64,000 bases of DNA from Candidatus Moranbacteria bacterium UBA4824 (GCA_002400405.1 DHFM01000046.1:11722-75721), one strand, 5' to 3'; positions 19,658 to 29,891 are shown, numbered from the stretch's first letter. Notes: generated from the letters alone by a model not told the origin. Numbers and translations are program-made.

Positions 19658-20515
19658 TTAATTTATCTCTTTAAAATCTCTATATGCTTTTTGCACTGCT
19701 TCATTGATAGAATTTTTTTCTTTTTTTATATCTTTTCTATTTTTTATTTTTCTAAGTAATACATAGAAAAAAATCCAAGGACGAAGATACGCCGGAGAAT
19801 TTTTTTTGAAAAAAATCAGTCCTGACAACACCAACCAATAAATTTTATTAGTCTTTTTTTCTTGGCTTTTTTCAAGATGCCTAATTCGACTGCCCGCGCA
19901 AACTGCTAATTTATATCCAACCCTCTTAACTCTAACACTGAAATCCGCGTCCTCCCAGTATAAAAAATAATCTTCATCTAACAAGCCTACCTTCCTAAAA
20001 ACTTCTTTTCTAATTATCATCGCGCAACCCGTAATATAATCTGAATGAAAATAGTTTTCCTTTAGTTTATCTTTTTTATGCTCAGTTTTCATTTTAAACC
20101 AATTAATCTTTCCGCCCGAAAACCAGACATTCGAACTTTCTCCTTTTAAAATAATAGGACTAGCAATGCCAATTTTTTTGTCGTCCTCCATCATCTTAAC
20201 TAATGGCCAAAGAAAATCTTTTTCGACTATTGTGTCGTAATTTAAAAGTAAAATGTAGTCCGCCGAGCGCTCCAACGCATACTCAATGCCAATATTATTC
20301 CCAGCGGAAAAACCAAGATTCTCACTGTTTTTTATGCAAACTATTTTAGGAAAAACTCTGCGAACTAATTCCAGAGAGCCATCCTTGGAATTGTTATCCA
20401 CTAAAACTATTTCAAAATTAGGATAATCCACCTGAAAAACACTGGCGAGTGTTTTTCTTAAAAATTCTTGCCCGTTATAATTTAGAATTATTATAAAAAC
20501 TTTTGGTGTGCTCAT
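19658..20515 (-). CDS. GT2 glycosyltransferase
   Basis: IIILNYN, VDNNSKD, NLGFSAGNN, LDEDYFLYWEDAD. Confidence 0.92.
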   Translation of the reverse strand: MSTPKVFIIILNYNGQEFLRKTLASVFQVDYPNFEIVLVDNNSKDGSLELVRRVFPKIVCIKNSENLGFSAGNNIGIEYALERSADYILLLNYDTIVEKDFLWPLVKMMEDDKKIGIASPIILKGESSNVWFSGGKINWFKMKTEHKKDKLKENYFHSDYITGCAMIIRKEVFRKVGLLDEDYFLYWEDADFSVRVKRVGYKLAVCAGSRIRHLEKSQEKKTNKIYWLVLSGLIFFKKNSPAYLRPWIFFYVLLRKIKNRKDIKKEKNSINEAVQKAYRDFKEIN

Positions 20516-20518
20516 TTA

Positions 20519-21934
20519 TTATTTTTTACTGATTATACTGGCAATTTCCTCAATCTTAACTGCTTTAAATAACCAGATAAAAAGAATATAGACGGCTGTT
20601 GCTGAAAAAGCTAATAGAAAAAAATTGATCTTGGAAAAAATGAAAAAATAAATTGCCATAATAATTCCGGAAAAAACAATCGCCCAAAACTTTTCCACTT
20701 TTGGAAAATATTTTAAATCCTTAATTATCACATACAAAGTAGCCAGCGTTACAAAAAGCTCCGTCCCAACAGAAATTAAAGCTGAGGCCATATAGGAAAA
20801 CATTGGGATAAAAATTAGATTAGCGCTCACATTAAAAATCGCCGCTATCGCCATAATAATCATTAATTTTTTTTGCTTATTACCGGAAATTAAAACAATA
20901 TTAAAAAGATTACTAAAAAATATACAGCTCAAGGAAAAAACAAGGATTTGAAGAACCGTACTGGATGCAGAAAACCCCTTCCCACCAATAAGTTCTACAA
21001 TACCATCAGCAAGAAACATCGTTCCTACTATGAGAGGAATAACAAATAACCAAAAAACCTTGAAAGTCTTATTGGAGATATCCCAGAAACGCTTTCTGTC
21101 CGAAAAAATATTTTTTGATATAATTGGAAAAACCAATCCTACAATCATCGCCGGAAAGAAAGTGATATTTTCAATTACCTTGTAGGCTACGTTATATACT
21201 CCCACTTCTGCGCCAGTTTTCAAAACAGACAAAAGGATTGTATCTATTTTAAAGTAAATAAAACTAATGATTGCCGCAATTCCCAATGGATAAGACTCTT
21301 TTATGAATTTTTTCCAATAAGCTGTATCGAATTTCAAAGAAAAAGAAATATATTTTTTAGAAAAAAAGTATATTAAAGAAAAACTAATTATCATATTAAT
21401 AAGAAGCGAAACAATTATCCAAAGAAAGCTTAGGTTAAACTTTATAGCAAAAAAAATAAACAGCACCTGAATAACTTTTCCGGTTAATTCGGAAATTGCC
21501 ACTCGGTCCATAGCTAGATTTTTTTGAAATACCCCATTTAATACTTGATAGGAGGAAGAAAAAAGGAAAGCCAAGGCCACTATCATAATTGCTTGTTTAA
21601 CTTCCGTTGGATATGGAAAGAAAAAAACAATTATCGGCGATAATAACAAAACAATACTTGAAATAATTATACGTAAAGTAAAAATATTACCAATTATTTT
21701 CTTTTCATCAGCTCCTTCGCGAGAAATCTCCCGAGTAACTGTAGAATAAAGCCCAAGATCAGCAATGGCGGTGAAAAAAGATAAAAACGCCAACACTGTG
21801 GCGTAATTTCCAAATCCAACCTGTCCTAAATATCGAGTAATAAGCCCGATTGAAACTAAAGCTAAAATAGTTGAAAGAATTTTAGAAAAACTGCTAACTA
21901 AAACATTGTACGCGATTTTTCTTGCAATAACCAT
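20519..21934 (-). CDS. Wzx-type polysaccharide flippase
   Basis: RYLG..GFG.Y, DLGL, KIDTILL, VGVYN.A; ~12 TM helices. Confidence 0.9.
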   Translation of the reverse strand: MVIARKIAYNVLVSSFSKILSTILALVSIGLITRYLGQVGFGNYATVLAFLSFFTAIADLGLYSTVTREISREGADEKKIIGNIFTLRIIISSIVLLLSPIIVFFFPYPTEVKQAIMIVALAFLFSSSYQVLNGVFQKNLAMDRVAISELTGKVIQVLFIFFAIKFNLSFLWIIVSLLINMIISFSLIYFFSKKYISFSLKFDTAYWKKFIKESYPLGIAAIISFIYFKIDTILLSVLKTGAEVGVYNVAYKVIENITFFPAMIVGLVFPIISKNIFSDRKRFWDISNKTFKVFWLFVIPLIVGTMFLADGIVELIGGKGFSASSTVLQILVFSLSCIFFSNLFNIVLISGNKQKKLMIIMAIAAIFNVSANLIFIPMFSYMASALISVGTELFVTLATLYVIIKDLKYFPKVEKFWAIVFSGIIMAIYFFIFSKINFFLLAFSATAVYILFIWLFKAVKIEEIASIISKK

Positions 21935-21937
21935 ACA

Positions 21938-21978
21938 CTTACGAATTACGAATTAGTACGAATGTACGAATTACGAAT
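21938..21978. repeat. TACGAAT-family half element
   Basis: 34 bp (21938-21971) identical to 52367-52400. Confidence 0.9.
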
Positions 21979-21988
21979 AATACACATT

Positions 21989-22082
21989 ACAGGTTCAGGC
22001 GTCTCGCCTGAATCGCATAGCTCTTACTAATAAAATTATTTTTTCAGAAACATCACGGTTCAATCGAGACGACTGAACCTGC
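21989..22082. repeat. REP doublet (REPIN-like), copy 2
   Basis: ttcaggcg-tct-cgcctgaa (21994-22012) and ttcaatcg-aga-cgactgaa (22059-22077). Confidence 0.8.
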
Positions 22083-22128
22083 ATAATAATTCGAGTTAAT
22101 TTCGAAAAAAATAATTCTTTAATCGGCG

Positions 22129-22617
22129 CTAAGCCAAGTTAGCTGGCTTAATTACCACCCGCCTATCTTCTCCTTCGCCGATACTTTCAGTTTGAATTTG
22201 ATCATTTTTAGCCAGTTCCATATGCACAAGCCTTCTTTCATAGGGCGACATTGGTCGCATCACGATTGCACGTCCTTCGCGAAGAGCTGTTTCGGACATA
22301 TTTTTTGCCAGAGCAAAAACAGATTCATTTTTTTCTTGTCGATAAGAATTAACATCTAAGGTAAAATTGGCTTTGTTTTCCGTTTTTCCACGAAAAATTA
22401 TTCTGGCCATATGTTGCAAGGCCTGAAGATTCACTCCATATTGTCCGATTAGATAACTTGATTCTTCTGTTTTAATATTAAAAACTAATTCTTCCTGCTC
22501 TTGATTTTGGGTTTCTATAATCTCAACCTCACAAGAAAATCCCATTTTTAAAACTAATTCTTCAATAGCTTTTTTTATCTCTTCTTTTATTTCTGGCGTT
22601 ATATTCTCGTTTTCCAT
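22129..22617 (-). CDS. jag: Jag/KhpB RNA-binding protein (KH + R3H, no N-terminal Jag domain)
   Basis: LIG..G..L.ALQ, DVNSYR, PMSPYERRLVH; follows yidC. Confidence 0.9.
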   Translation of the reverse strand: MENENITPEIKEEIKKAIEELVLKMGFSCEVEIIETQNQEQEELVFNIKTEESSYLIGQYGVNLQALQHMARIIFRGKTENKANFTLDVNSYRQEKNESVFALAKNMSETALREGRAIVMRPMSPYERRLVHMELAKNDQIQTESIGEGEDRRVVIKPANLA

Positions 22618-22631
22618 ATTATTTAAAAATA

Positions 22632-23393
22632 TTAACTATTAGTCTTTTCTTTTTCTAATACTTTCGTCTGCTGAATTATAGCAAAAATCGTTGAAACAAG
22701 CCAATAGAGAGCCAGGCCGGCCGGAAATTTTATCCCAATAAACAAGGTCAGAATCGGCCCAAGATACATCATTTGTTTTGACATTATCTGCGACATATCC
22801 GGCTGAGCATTTTTATTTTGCACAGCCATCTTAGGTATCATCATCTTTATTTGCACATATTGAGCCAGAGCTGCCAAAACAATAAGAATTATTTGAGGAA
22901 CAACTCTAATATTTAACTGACTAAAGTCAATAGTTTTGGAAAGATCAATAATTCCCAAGAAATATTGATTAATTTGTCCTGGGTTTGAAATAAATGAATA
23001 TAATTCTTTTGGATCTACCAGTAATCCTGCCTTAGAAATATTAAATAATACTTGGTAGATAGCAATTAGAAAAATAAGTTGGAAAATTGTGGGCAAGCAA
23101 CCAGAAAAAGGGTTAGTTTTATTTGTTTTATAAAATTCCATCAAGGCTCGGCTTTGCTTTTCCTTATCATTTTTATGTTTTTCTTGAATTTCCTTGATTT
23201 TTGGTTGCATTTCCTGCATTTTTTTCTGCGACTGAATTTGCTTTTTACTCAGTGGGATTAAAAGAAACTTCAAAACCAAAGTCACCACAATGATCGCTAT
23301 GCCGAAATCATGTAGTGGGATAATATTATAAATAAAGATAAGAAAGTTATAAATTGGCCTATAAACAGTTTCCCCAAATAAAAAAGATATCAT
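22632..23393 (-). CDS. yidC: Membrane protein insertase YidC
   Basis: GIAII, QPKIKEIQ, NPFSGCLP, PAGLALYW. Confidence 0.95.
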   Translation of the reverse strand: MISFLFGETVYRPIYNFLIFIYNIIPLHDFGIAIIVVTLVLKFLLIPLSKKQIQSQKKMQEMQPKIKEIQEKHKNDKEKQSRALMEFYKTNKTNPFSGCLPTIFQLIFLIAIYQVLFNISKAGLLVDPKELYSFISNPGQINQYFLGIIDLSKTIDFSQLNIRVVPQIILIVLAALAQYVQIKMMIPKMAVQNKNAQPDMSQIMSKQMMYLGPILTLFIGIKFPAGLALYWLVSTIFAIIQQTKVLEKEKTNS

Positions 23394-23411
23394 ATATACT
23401 GTGCAAATTAA

Positions 23412-23753
23412 TTATATTAGTTTTGCTTTTTTTAATACTTCCAAAAGACTGTTTTTCAACTCTTGACTGGAAAATTCTTTTTTAGTCTTTTTTTTCACAG
23501 AAATCACCGCGTCATAACCTTTTTTGATATTTTTTATCTCTTTTCTGACTATTTCTCGTAATTGACGCTTTATTCTGTTTCTTACTACAGCCTTAGGGGA
23601 GAATTTAATTCCAATAGAAAAGCCTATTCGGGTTTTTTTAAGATTATTCTCCCTTATTTTCAAAAAAATATCCTCGGAAGAAAAAGAACCGCCAAAGCGA
23701 TAGACTAATTCAAAATCTTTTGCTTCTAAGAGTCTGTTTTCAACAGGAAGCAT
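23412..23753 (-). CDS. rnpA: RNase P protein component
   Basis: RIGFS..K...KAVVRNRIKRQLRE; start moved to ATG 23753. Confidence 0.93.
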   Translation of the reverse strand: MLPVENRLLEAKDFELVYRFGGSFSSEDIFLKIRENNLKKTRIGFSIGIKFSPKAVVRNRIKRQLREIVRKEIKNIKKGYDAVISVKKKTKKEFSSQELKNSLLEVLKKAKLI

Positions 23754-23757
23754 AAAT

Positions 23758-23892
23758 TTATACTGATAGTTTTTTTCGACCAGCCTGTCTTCTTCTTTTG
23801 AGGACAGCTTTCCCATTTTTAGTGCTGTTTCTTTCGATAAAACCGTGTCTTTTTTTTCTTCGACCTGCTTTTGGTTGGTATGTTACGCTCAT
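23758..23892 (-). CDS. rpmH: 50S ribosomal protein L34
   Basis: TYQP...RKKRHGF..R..TKNG..VL.RRR..GRK.L; start at ATG 23892. Confidence 0.95.
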   Translation of the reverse strand: MSVTYQPKAGRRKKRHGFIERNSTKNGKAVLKRRRQAGRKKLSV

Positions 23893-24007
23893 TTTATTAT
23901 TATTAGTTAATTCAATTAAAATTCTAACAGTTAAAAGACTATAAGTCAATCTATTTATCCCACCCCTATTTACATTTTTTTTGTTTTATATTATATGTTA
24001 ATTATAG

Positions 24008-24039
24008 TCATCCACAGTTTGTCAACATCTTTATCCACT
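24008..24039. promoter_or_regulatory. DnaA-box-like sites upstream of dnaA
   Basis: tcatccaca 24008, ttgtcaaca 24019, ttatccact 24031. Confidence 0.65.
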
Positions 24040-24115
24040 TTTTCCCTTAGACTAGCTTTTGTGACTATGTTATACTTTTTTTAGTGAAACTTTCTTTATT
24101 AATTTAATTAAAAAA

Positions 24116-25492
24116 ATGACCAACGAGGAACTTTGGCAAACAGCCCTTGGAGAAATAGAGCTTTCTATTTCTAAGGCTAATTTTATCACTTGGTTTAAAA
24201 ACACCTCTATTCTTTCCCTTAAGGACGGCCATGTAGTTATTGGTGTTCCTAATGGTTTTGCCAAAGAATGGCTAGAAAACAAATACGATCTCTATATTTT
24301 ACGCGCCCTAAAAAATATTCAGGGTGATATCAAGTCTGTTTCTTGTATAATTTCCTCCGAACAAATTCAAAATTTTCCACAAACCACTAAGGAAATCACC
24401 GTGGATGCAGTGCAAGCGCCAAAAAAATCAACTGTTTTTTATGAAAAAAAGCCTCTGATAAGCCAAGAAAATAATTTAAATCAAAAATATACCTTTGAAA
24501 ATTTTGTTATCGGGGGTAGTAATGAACTAGCTCGCGCCGCTTGCTATGCTGTCTCAAAAAGCCTTGGTAATGTCTATAATCCGCTATTTATCTATGGTGG
24601 AGTAGGATTAGGAAAAACTCACCTCATTCAATCTATTGGCAATGAAGCCCTAAAAATAAACCCTCAAACTCGAGTGAAATATATTTCTTCTGAAAGATTT
24701 ACCAGTGATTTGATAAATTCGATAAAAACTCAAAAAATTCAAGAATTTAAAGAATATTATCAAAAAATAGACCTACTTATTATTGATGATATTCAATTTA
24801 TCTCAGGAAAAGAGAAGACTCAAGAGGAGTTTTTCCATATTTTCAATTATCTCTACCAACTTAATAAACAAATAGTCCTTTCTAGTGATCGTGCCCCAAA
24901 AGCCATTCAAATTCTTGAAGAGAGACTACGCTCACGCTTTGAAGGAGGGATGATTGCTGATGTTTCTAAGCCCGATCTTGAAACAAGACTTGCTATTCTT
25001 AAGATAAAAGCCGCCCAAAATAGAGTAGAGATCACTGAAGAAGCCCTGGAATTTATCGCTACTAACATTAAAAATAATATACGCGAGCTTGAAGGAGCCT
25101 TAAATAGAGTATCCGTGAGTGCCCAACTTACTAAAAAATCTCTAGATTCAGCTTATACAAAGCAAATTTTATCCGATATTATCTCAAGTGGCAAGAAAAA
25201 AGGAGTTAATTATAAACATATACTAAAGGCCGTTTCTGATTTTTATGAAATATCTCCCGCTGATTTAGTAGCTAAAAACAGAAAAAGAGAGGTAGTAAAA
25301 CCCCGTCAAATAGCGATGTTTCTTATGAGAACTGAACTTTCTTTCTCTTACCCAGGAATTGGCGATAAATTAGGTGGGCGAGATCATACTACCGCTATTC
25401 ATGCTTATGAGAAAATTTCTGAAGCTCTAAAATTTGATGAAAGGCTCAATGAAGAATTAGTTCAAATTAAAGATATTCTACACACTATATAG
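24116..25492 (+). CDS. dnaA: Chromosomal replication initiator DnaA
   Basis: YNPLFIYGGVGLGKTHL, IDDIQF, RLRSRF, GGRDHTT. Confidence 0.99.
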   Translation: MTNEELWQTALGEIELSISKANFITWFKNTSILSLKDGHVVIGVPNGFAKEWLENKYDLYILRALKNIQGDIKSVSCIISSEQIQNFPQTTKEITVDAVQAPKKSTVFYEKKPLISQENNLNQKYTFENFVIGGSNELARAACYAVSKSLGNVYNPLFIYGGVGLGKTHLIQSIGNEALKINPQTRVKYISSERFTSDLINSIKTQKIQEFKEYYQKIDLLIIDDIQFISGKEKTQEEFFHIFNYLYQLNKQIVLSSDRAPKAIQILEERLRSRFEGGMIADVSKPDLETRLAILKIKAAQNRVEITEEALEFIATNIKNNIRELEGALNRVSVSAQLTKKSLDSAYTKQILSDIISSGKKKGVNYKHILKAVSDFYEISPADLVAKNRKREVVKPRQIAMFLMRTELSFSYPGIGDKLGGRDHTTAIHAYEKISEALKFDERLNEELVQIKDILHTI

Positions 25493-25779
25493 TTAATTTC
25501 CTGCATAACCTGTGGATAAATATACTATAAACATCCTTATAACTATGTGCCTAGAATATTAAGAATCCTGTTTTTAATCTGAAATATTTCTAAAATATAT
25601 TTTTATTAAATAAATTATACCCCCTATAAAACACTCCATAAAAACACTTATCCAGTTATTATCCACACATATTTAGTTTTATATAAAGCAAAAAACAAGC
25701 TTATCCACTATTATTTTACTCTCTAATAATAGTAATAACATTATATTATTAATAATAAATTAAATACTAAATAAAAAAT
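25493..25779. other. Probable replication origin oriC
   Basis: Perfect DnaA boxes at 25511-25519 (reverse) and 25659-25667, near matches at 25648 and 25701, then an AT-rich taa/tag trinucleotide run from 25724; lies between dnaA and dnaN. Confidence 0.85.
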
Positions 25780-26937
25780 ATGAAATTAATTTGTACAGGA
25801 GAAAATTTAAAGAAAGCAGTTTTTAATTGTGAAAGAGTAGTTTCAAAGAAAAATACTCTTCCTATACTAAATAATATTCTTTTTGAAACAGAAAAAGGAG
25901 GGTTAAAATTATCTGCGACTAATTTAGAAATTGGAGTTTCTTCTAAAATTGGAGCAAAAATAGAAAAAGAAGGGCGAATAACTATTCCCGCAAAACTAAT
26001 TAGTAATTTTTCTAATAATCTTTCGGGTAATGAAAATATCTCCCTTGAACTTGTAGATAATAATTTAAAAATAAAAAGTGGGATAAATAAAGCTATAATA
26101 AAAGGAATTTCTGCAGAAGATTTTCCTCTTTTACCTCTTCGAAAAACCGAATATCTATTAGATATACCTATATTAAATTTAAAAATGGCTATTTTAAAAG
26201 TTATGCCAGCAGTAGCTTTTAATGAATCACGTCAAGAACTTACCGGAATTAATCTTATTTTAAGAGAAAAAGAACTCATTTTTGCTGCTACAGATAGTTT
26301 TCGTCTTTCAGAATGTCAGATTAAGTTAAATGAAATTGATAAAAATATTGAAAATTACAATATTTTTATTGAAAAAAATGAAAATGTTATTATTCCCGCA
26401 AATGTTTTAGTGGAGTTAAATCGGATATTAGCGTCGGATGCAAATAATAAAGTAAAAATAACTATTGAAGAGGGACAAATATTTTTTGAAGTAGATGGTA
26501 TTAAATTAGTCTCACGGCTTATAAATGGGAAATATCCTGAATATAAACATATAATGCCGGCGGAATATAAAACGAGAATAGTGGGAGAAAAACAGATTTT
26601 GCAAAATGCTATTAGGATGGCAAGTGTTTTTTCCTTAAGTGGATCAAATGAGATAACGCTCAAAATTAACCAAGAAGAAGGAAAAATTTTTATACTATCT
26701 TCCAGTGCTGAAGTTGGGGAAAACTCAACTGAACTTAAATTTGACATTACAGGACCATCTCAGGAAGTTGTTTTTAATGCTAAATATCTTTTAGATGGAA
26801 TTAATGCTACTACCACTTCCCAAGTGGCAATTTTGCTAAACAGCGAAGCTACGCCTGTGGCAGTTCGTGAAATAAATGAAAAATCCGGAGAGGTTTTGGA
26901 AGATTTTACCTATATTGTGATGCCGATAAAAAACTAA
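25780..26937 (+). CDS. dnaN: DNA polymerase III beta clamp
   Basis: ATNLE, ATDSFRL, SRLING.YPEY, FN..YL.D, YIVMP. Confidence 0.98.
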   Translation: MKLICTGENLKKAVFNCERVVSKKNTLPILNNILFETEKGGLKLSATNLEIGVSSKIGAKIEKEGRITIPAKLISNFSNNLSGNENISLELVDNNLKIKSGINKAIIKGISAEDFPLLPLRKTEYLLDIPILNLKMAILKVMPAVAFNESRQELTGINLILREKELIFAATDSFRLSECQIKLNEIDKNIENYNIFIEKNENVIIPANVLVELNRILASDANNKVKITIEEGQIFFEVDGIKLVSRLINGKYPEYKHIMPAEYKTRIVGEKQILQNAIRMASVFSLSGSNEITLKINQEEGKIFILSSSAEVGENSTELKFDITGPSQEVVFNAKYLLDGINATTTSQVAILLNSEATPVAVREINEKSGEVLEDFTYIVMPIKN

Positions 26938-26938
26938 A

Positions 26939-26970
26939 AACATGAAACATATAGCATGAAACATGAAACA
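26939..26970. repeat. CATGAAA heptamer half element that supplies the trxB start codon
   Basis: aacatgaaacatatagcatgaaacatgaaaca; same family as 44195 and 54427. Confidence 0.75.
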
Positions 26971-27903
26971 GAAGGTAAAATTCTTGATTTAATAATAATT
27001 GGTGCGGGGCCGGCGGGGCTTAGTGCTTCAATTTATGCTTCGCGTTATGGAGTGCAACATAAAATTGTGGGCGCGCTTTTAGGTGGACAAATTAGTGAGA
27101 CACATAAAATTGACAATTATCCAGGAATGGAAGATATGAGCGGATTTGAATTTAGTCAAAAATGGGGAAATCACGCTAAAAAATATGGGGTGGAAATTTT
27201 GCCAAACATGGTGGAAAAAATAAACAAAGAAGAGGATACTTTTTCTATAACTCTCGCGGATAAAAATATTTTGCGCTCAAAAACAATTCTTTTGGCTACT
27301 GGGACAAAAAAAAGAAAATTAAATATTATTGGCGAAAAAGAATTTATTGGAAAAGGTGTGTCATATTGCGCTACTTGTGATGGATTTTTTTATAAAAATA
27401 AAATCGTGGGCGTAATTGGTGGATCAGATAGCGCGGCGACCGCTACATTATATCTAGCGGATTTAGCGCAGAAAGTTTATTTAATTTATCGAAAAGCTGA
27501 ATTACGTGCTGAACCATTTTGGGTAAATTTAATTTTAAAAAATCCAAAAATAGAAGTGCTTTATGAAATAAATGTGGTGGAAATTTTAGGCCAACAAAAA
27601 TTGGAAAAAGTAAAACTAGACCGAGAATATAAAAACTCAAAAGAGCTAAATTTGGATGGACTTTTTATCGAAGCTGGCTCAGATCCGGCGACGGAATATT
27701 TTAGTGAACTAAGAATTGAATTAGATGAAAGCGGTTATATTAAAATTCAAAAAAATGGTGCGACAAATGTGGCAGGAGTTTTTTCAGCCGGCGACATCAC
27801 AGATGGTTCCGACAAATTCCGCCAAGTCATCACCGCTGCTTCCGAGGGTGCAATCTCCGCGCGCGCTATTTATGATTTTCTTAAGAAAAATAAAATGCAA
27901 TAA
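26956..27903 (+). CDS. trxB: Thioredoxin reductase
   Basis: IIGAGPAG, GVSYCATCDG, AGD motifs. Confidence 0.93.
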   Translation: MKHETEGKILDLIIIGAGPAGLSASIYASRYGVQHKIVGALLGGQISETHKIDNYPGMEDMSGFEFSQKWGNHAKKYGVEILPNMVEKINKEEDTFSITLADKNILRSKTILLATGTKKRKLNIIGEKEFIGKGVSYCATCDGFFYKNKIVGVIGGSDSAATATLYLADLAQKVYLIYRKAELRAEPFWVNLILKNPKIEVLYEINVVEILGQQKLEKVKLDREYKNSKELNLDGLFIEAGSDPATEYFSELRIELDESGYIKIQKNGATNVAGVFSAGDITDGSDKFRQVITAASEGAISARAIYDFLKKNKMQ

Positions 27904-28080
27904 AATTTTTATGATGCAATATTATTAACAAAAATGTTAACAATTATGCATCATTAAAATAATTTGCAATAATCAATATTATATACACATAGAAAGTGGT
28001 TATGGGGTTTGAATATTTTTTTGATTTTTTCTTCGTATAGAAGTTATTGGCTTAATTGAGCCTGTTTTGATGAAAAAAGA

Positions 28081-28145
28081 TTGACAAAAAAGTTGGTGTT
28101 TGATATAATAATGTCATAAATCATAAAAATTTATGAATTACGACA
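28081..28145 (+). promoter_or_regulatory. Consensus sigma70 promoter plus inverted-repeat operator of AbiE operon 1
   Basis: TTGACA 28081, 17-nt spacer, TATAAT 28104; IR tgtcataaatcataaa..tttatgaattacgaca (28112-28145). Confidence 0.8.
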
Positions 28146-28775
28146 ATGAATTATATTGAATTTAGGCAAAAAATGGAGGAATTTCCGCTTTTTAGCACAA
28201 AAGAATTGCGATTAATTTTGGGAGCTGAATTTAAGCGGTCATTTCTGAATAATCTGGAAAATTGGAAGAAAAAAGAGTATCTTTTGCAACTCAGAAAAGG
28301 CTTATATTTACTGGGTTATCTAAAACATGCAGTCGATCCAATGATTTTGGCTTCAAAGATTTATGCGCCTTCCTATGTGAGCCTAGAAACGGCCTTGGGG
28401 TATTATGGAATTATTCCAGAAGCGGTTTTCACCACCACCTGCGTGACCAGTCGAGAAACAAAAGATTTTTTCAATGATTTTGGAAAATTTACTTTTCGCA
28501 AAATTAAAAAAACAGCTTTTGGTGGATATGAAACAATTCAAAAAAGAGAATTCGGAATTTCATTTAATTTGGCTTTGCCGGAAAAGGCCTTGGTGGATTT
28601 TTTTTATCTGAATAAGAATATTTTAGATGGTAGTCAGCTTCAATTTGAGAGTTATCGATTCAGTGATGATTTTAGATATGATAAAAATAAACTGATGAGA
28701 TTTGCCAAAGCTTTTGAGAATAAAAAAGTTTTGGAATTAACTAATAATTTTATTAAATTTTATGTTGCCGGATAA
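28146..28775 (+). CDS. AbiEi-like type IV TA antitoxin / transcriptional regulator
   Basis: LRKGLY, PSYVSLETAL.YYG.IPE, A.PEKALVD. Confidence 0.85.
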   Translation: MNYIEFRQKMEEFPLFSTKELRLILGAEFKRSFLNNLENWKKKEYLLQLRKGLYLLGYLKHAVDPMILASKIYAPSYVSLETALGYYGIIPEAVFTTTCVTSRETKDFFNDFGKFTFRKIKKTAFGGYETIQKREFGISFNLALPEKALVDFFYLNKNILDGSQLQFESYRFSDDFRYDKNKLMRFAKAFENKKVLELTNNFIKFYVAG

Positions 28776-29559
28776 AAAATATTTTAGGGATTATTGTCAA
28801 GAGAAAAACATTCCTTGGCGAGAAAGAGATATTCTGAGAGAATATTTGCAAACGCAAATTCTCAAAGTTCTTTCAATGAGTGAATTTAATGACGCAGTTT
28901 CTTTTCTAGGCGGGACTAGTCTGCGTTTTATTCATAATATCGAAAGATTCTCTGAGGATTTGGATTTTGATTTATTGAAAAAAGAAAATTTTGATATCAA
29001 TCAAATGGGCAAAGAGATTGCTGGAAAGCTGGAGCTTTTAGGATTTAGTTTGGATACAAAAATCAAGACGACAGACAATATTTATATTATTTATTTTAAA
29101 TTTAAGAACGTTTTGCAAGAATTTGGGTTTAATGTTCAGGAGAATGAAAAAATAACTATCAAATTCGAAATTGATTTTGATCCATATAAAAATATCAAAT
29201 TTGAAACAAAATTTGTGGATAGTTTTGGAGAAAGATTTCCAATTTTGATTAATACTTTACCCACGCTTTTTGCGCAAAAAATTATCGCTCTGAAATTTAG
29301 ACCCTATCAAAAAGGGCGGGATTTCTATGATCTAGTTTGGTTTTTGGCGCAAAAAAACATCGAGCCAAATTATGCAATTTTTAAGGAGAAAAATATCGAT
29401 GTAAAAAACAAAAAAGAATTAATTATTGAGCTTGAAAAAATTATTTCCGCTTCTAATTTAGAACAAGCGATTAAAGATGTTTCACCTTTTATTTTCCAAA
29501 GCGAACAAGCTAAATGGATTTTAAGTTTACCAGAATTTATGAAAAATTTTAAAGAGTAA
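28762..29559 (+). CDS. AbiEii nucleotidyltransferase toxin
   Basis: FLGGTSLR, RFSEDLDF, KI.A, RDFYDL. Confidence 0.9.
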   Translation: MLPDKKYFRDYCQEKNIPWRERDILREYLQTQILKVLSMSEFNDAVSFLGGTSLRFIHNIERFSEDLDFDLLKKENFDINQMGKEIAGKLELLGFSLDTKIKTTDNIYIIYFKFKNVLQEFGFNVQENEKITIKFEIDFDPYKNIKFETKFVDSFGERFPILINTLPTLFAQKIIALKFRPYQKGRDFYDLVWFLAQKNIEPNYAIFKEKNIDVKNKKELIIELEKIISASNLEQAIKDVSPFIFQSEQAKWILSLPEFMKNFKE

Positions 29560-29564
29560 TTATT

Positions 29565-29846
29565 ATGAAATCCCTAAAAAACCTTTTATACAAAAGAAAA
29601 GAGACTAAAAAAATATCCTTAACGGATAAAGATTTTTTCTATATTTTTAATCGAGTTATAAAGGAAGAATTTGGTAATGTCGGTGCGTCGCGTCTTCAGG
29701 CGGATTATTACAAGAATGGGACTATTTTTATAAAACTCACTAGCTCCGCCTGGGCGAGTGAGCTTTTTATGAATAGAAATACGATCATTAAAAAAATAAA
29801 TAAGGAGTTGGGAGAGGGCGCGATAAAAGAAATAAAAATAAAATAG
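29565..29846 (+). CDS. DciA/DUF721 family protein
   Basis: G.I.I...SSAWASEL...R..II.KIN..LG...I..I. Confidence 0.75.
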   Translation: MKSLKNLLYKRKETKKISLTDKDFFYIFNRVIKEEFGNVGASRLQADYYKNGTIFIKLTSSAWASELFMNRNTIIKKINKELGEGAIKEIKIK

Positions 29847-29891
29847 GGTTTTTTTTATGGTTCTTTAACGAATAGTGTGTTGAATTTTTAA

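Noticed and set aside
27905-27960. AT-rich hairpin after trxB as a mobile element
   Set aside because: Single copy in the window; more simply a terminator or operator
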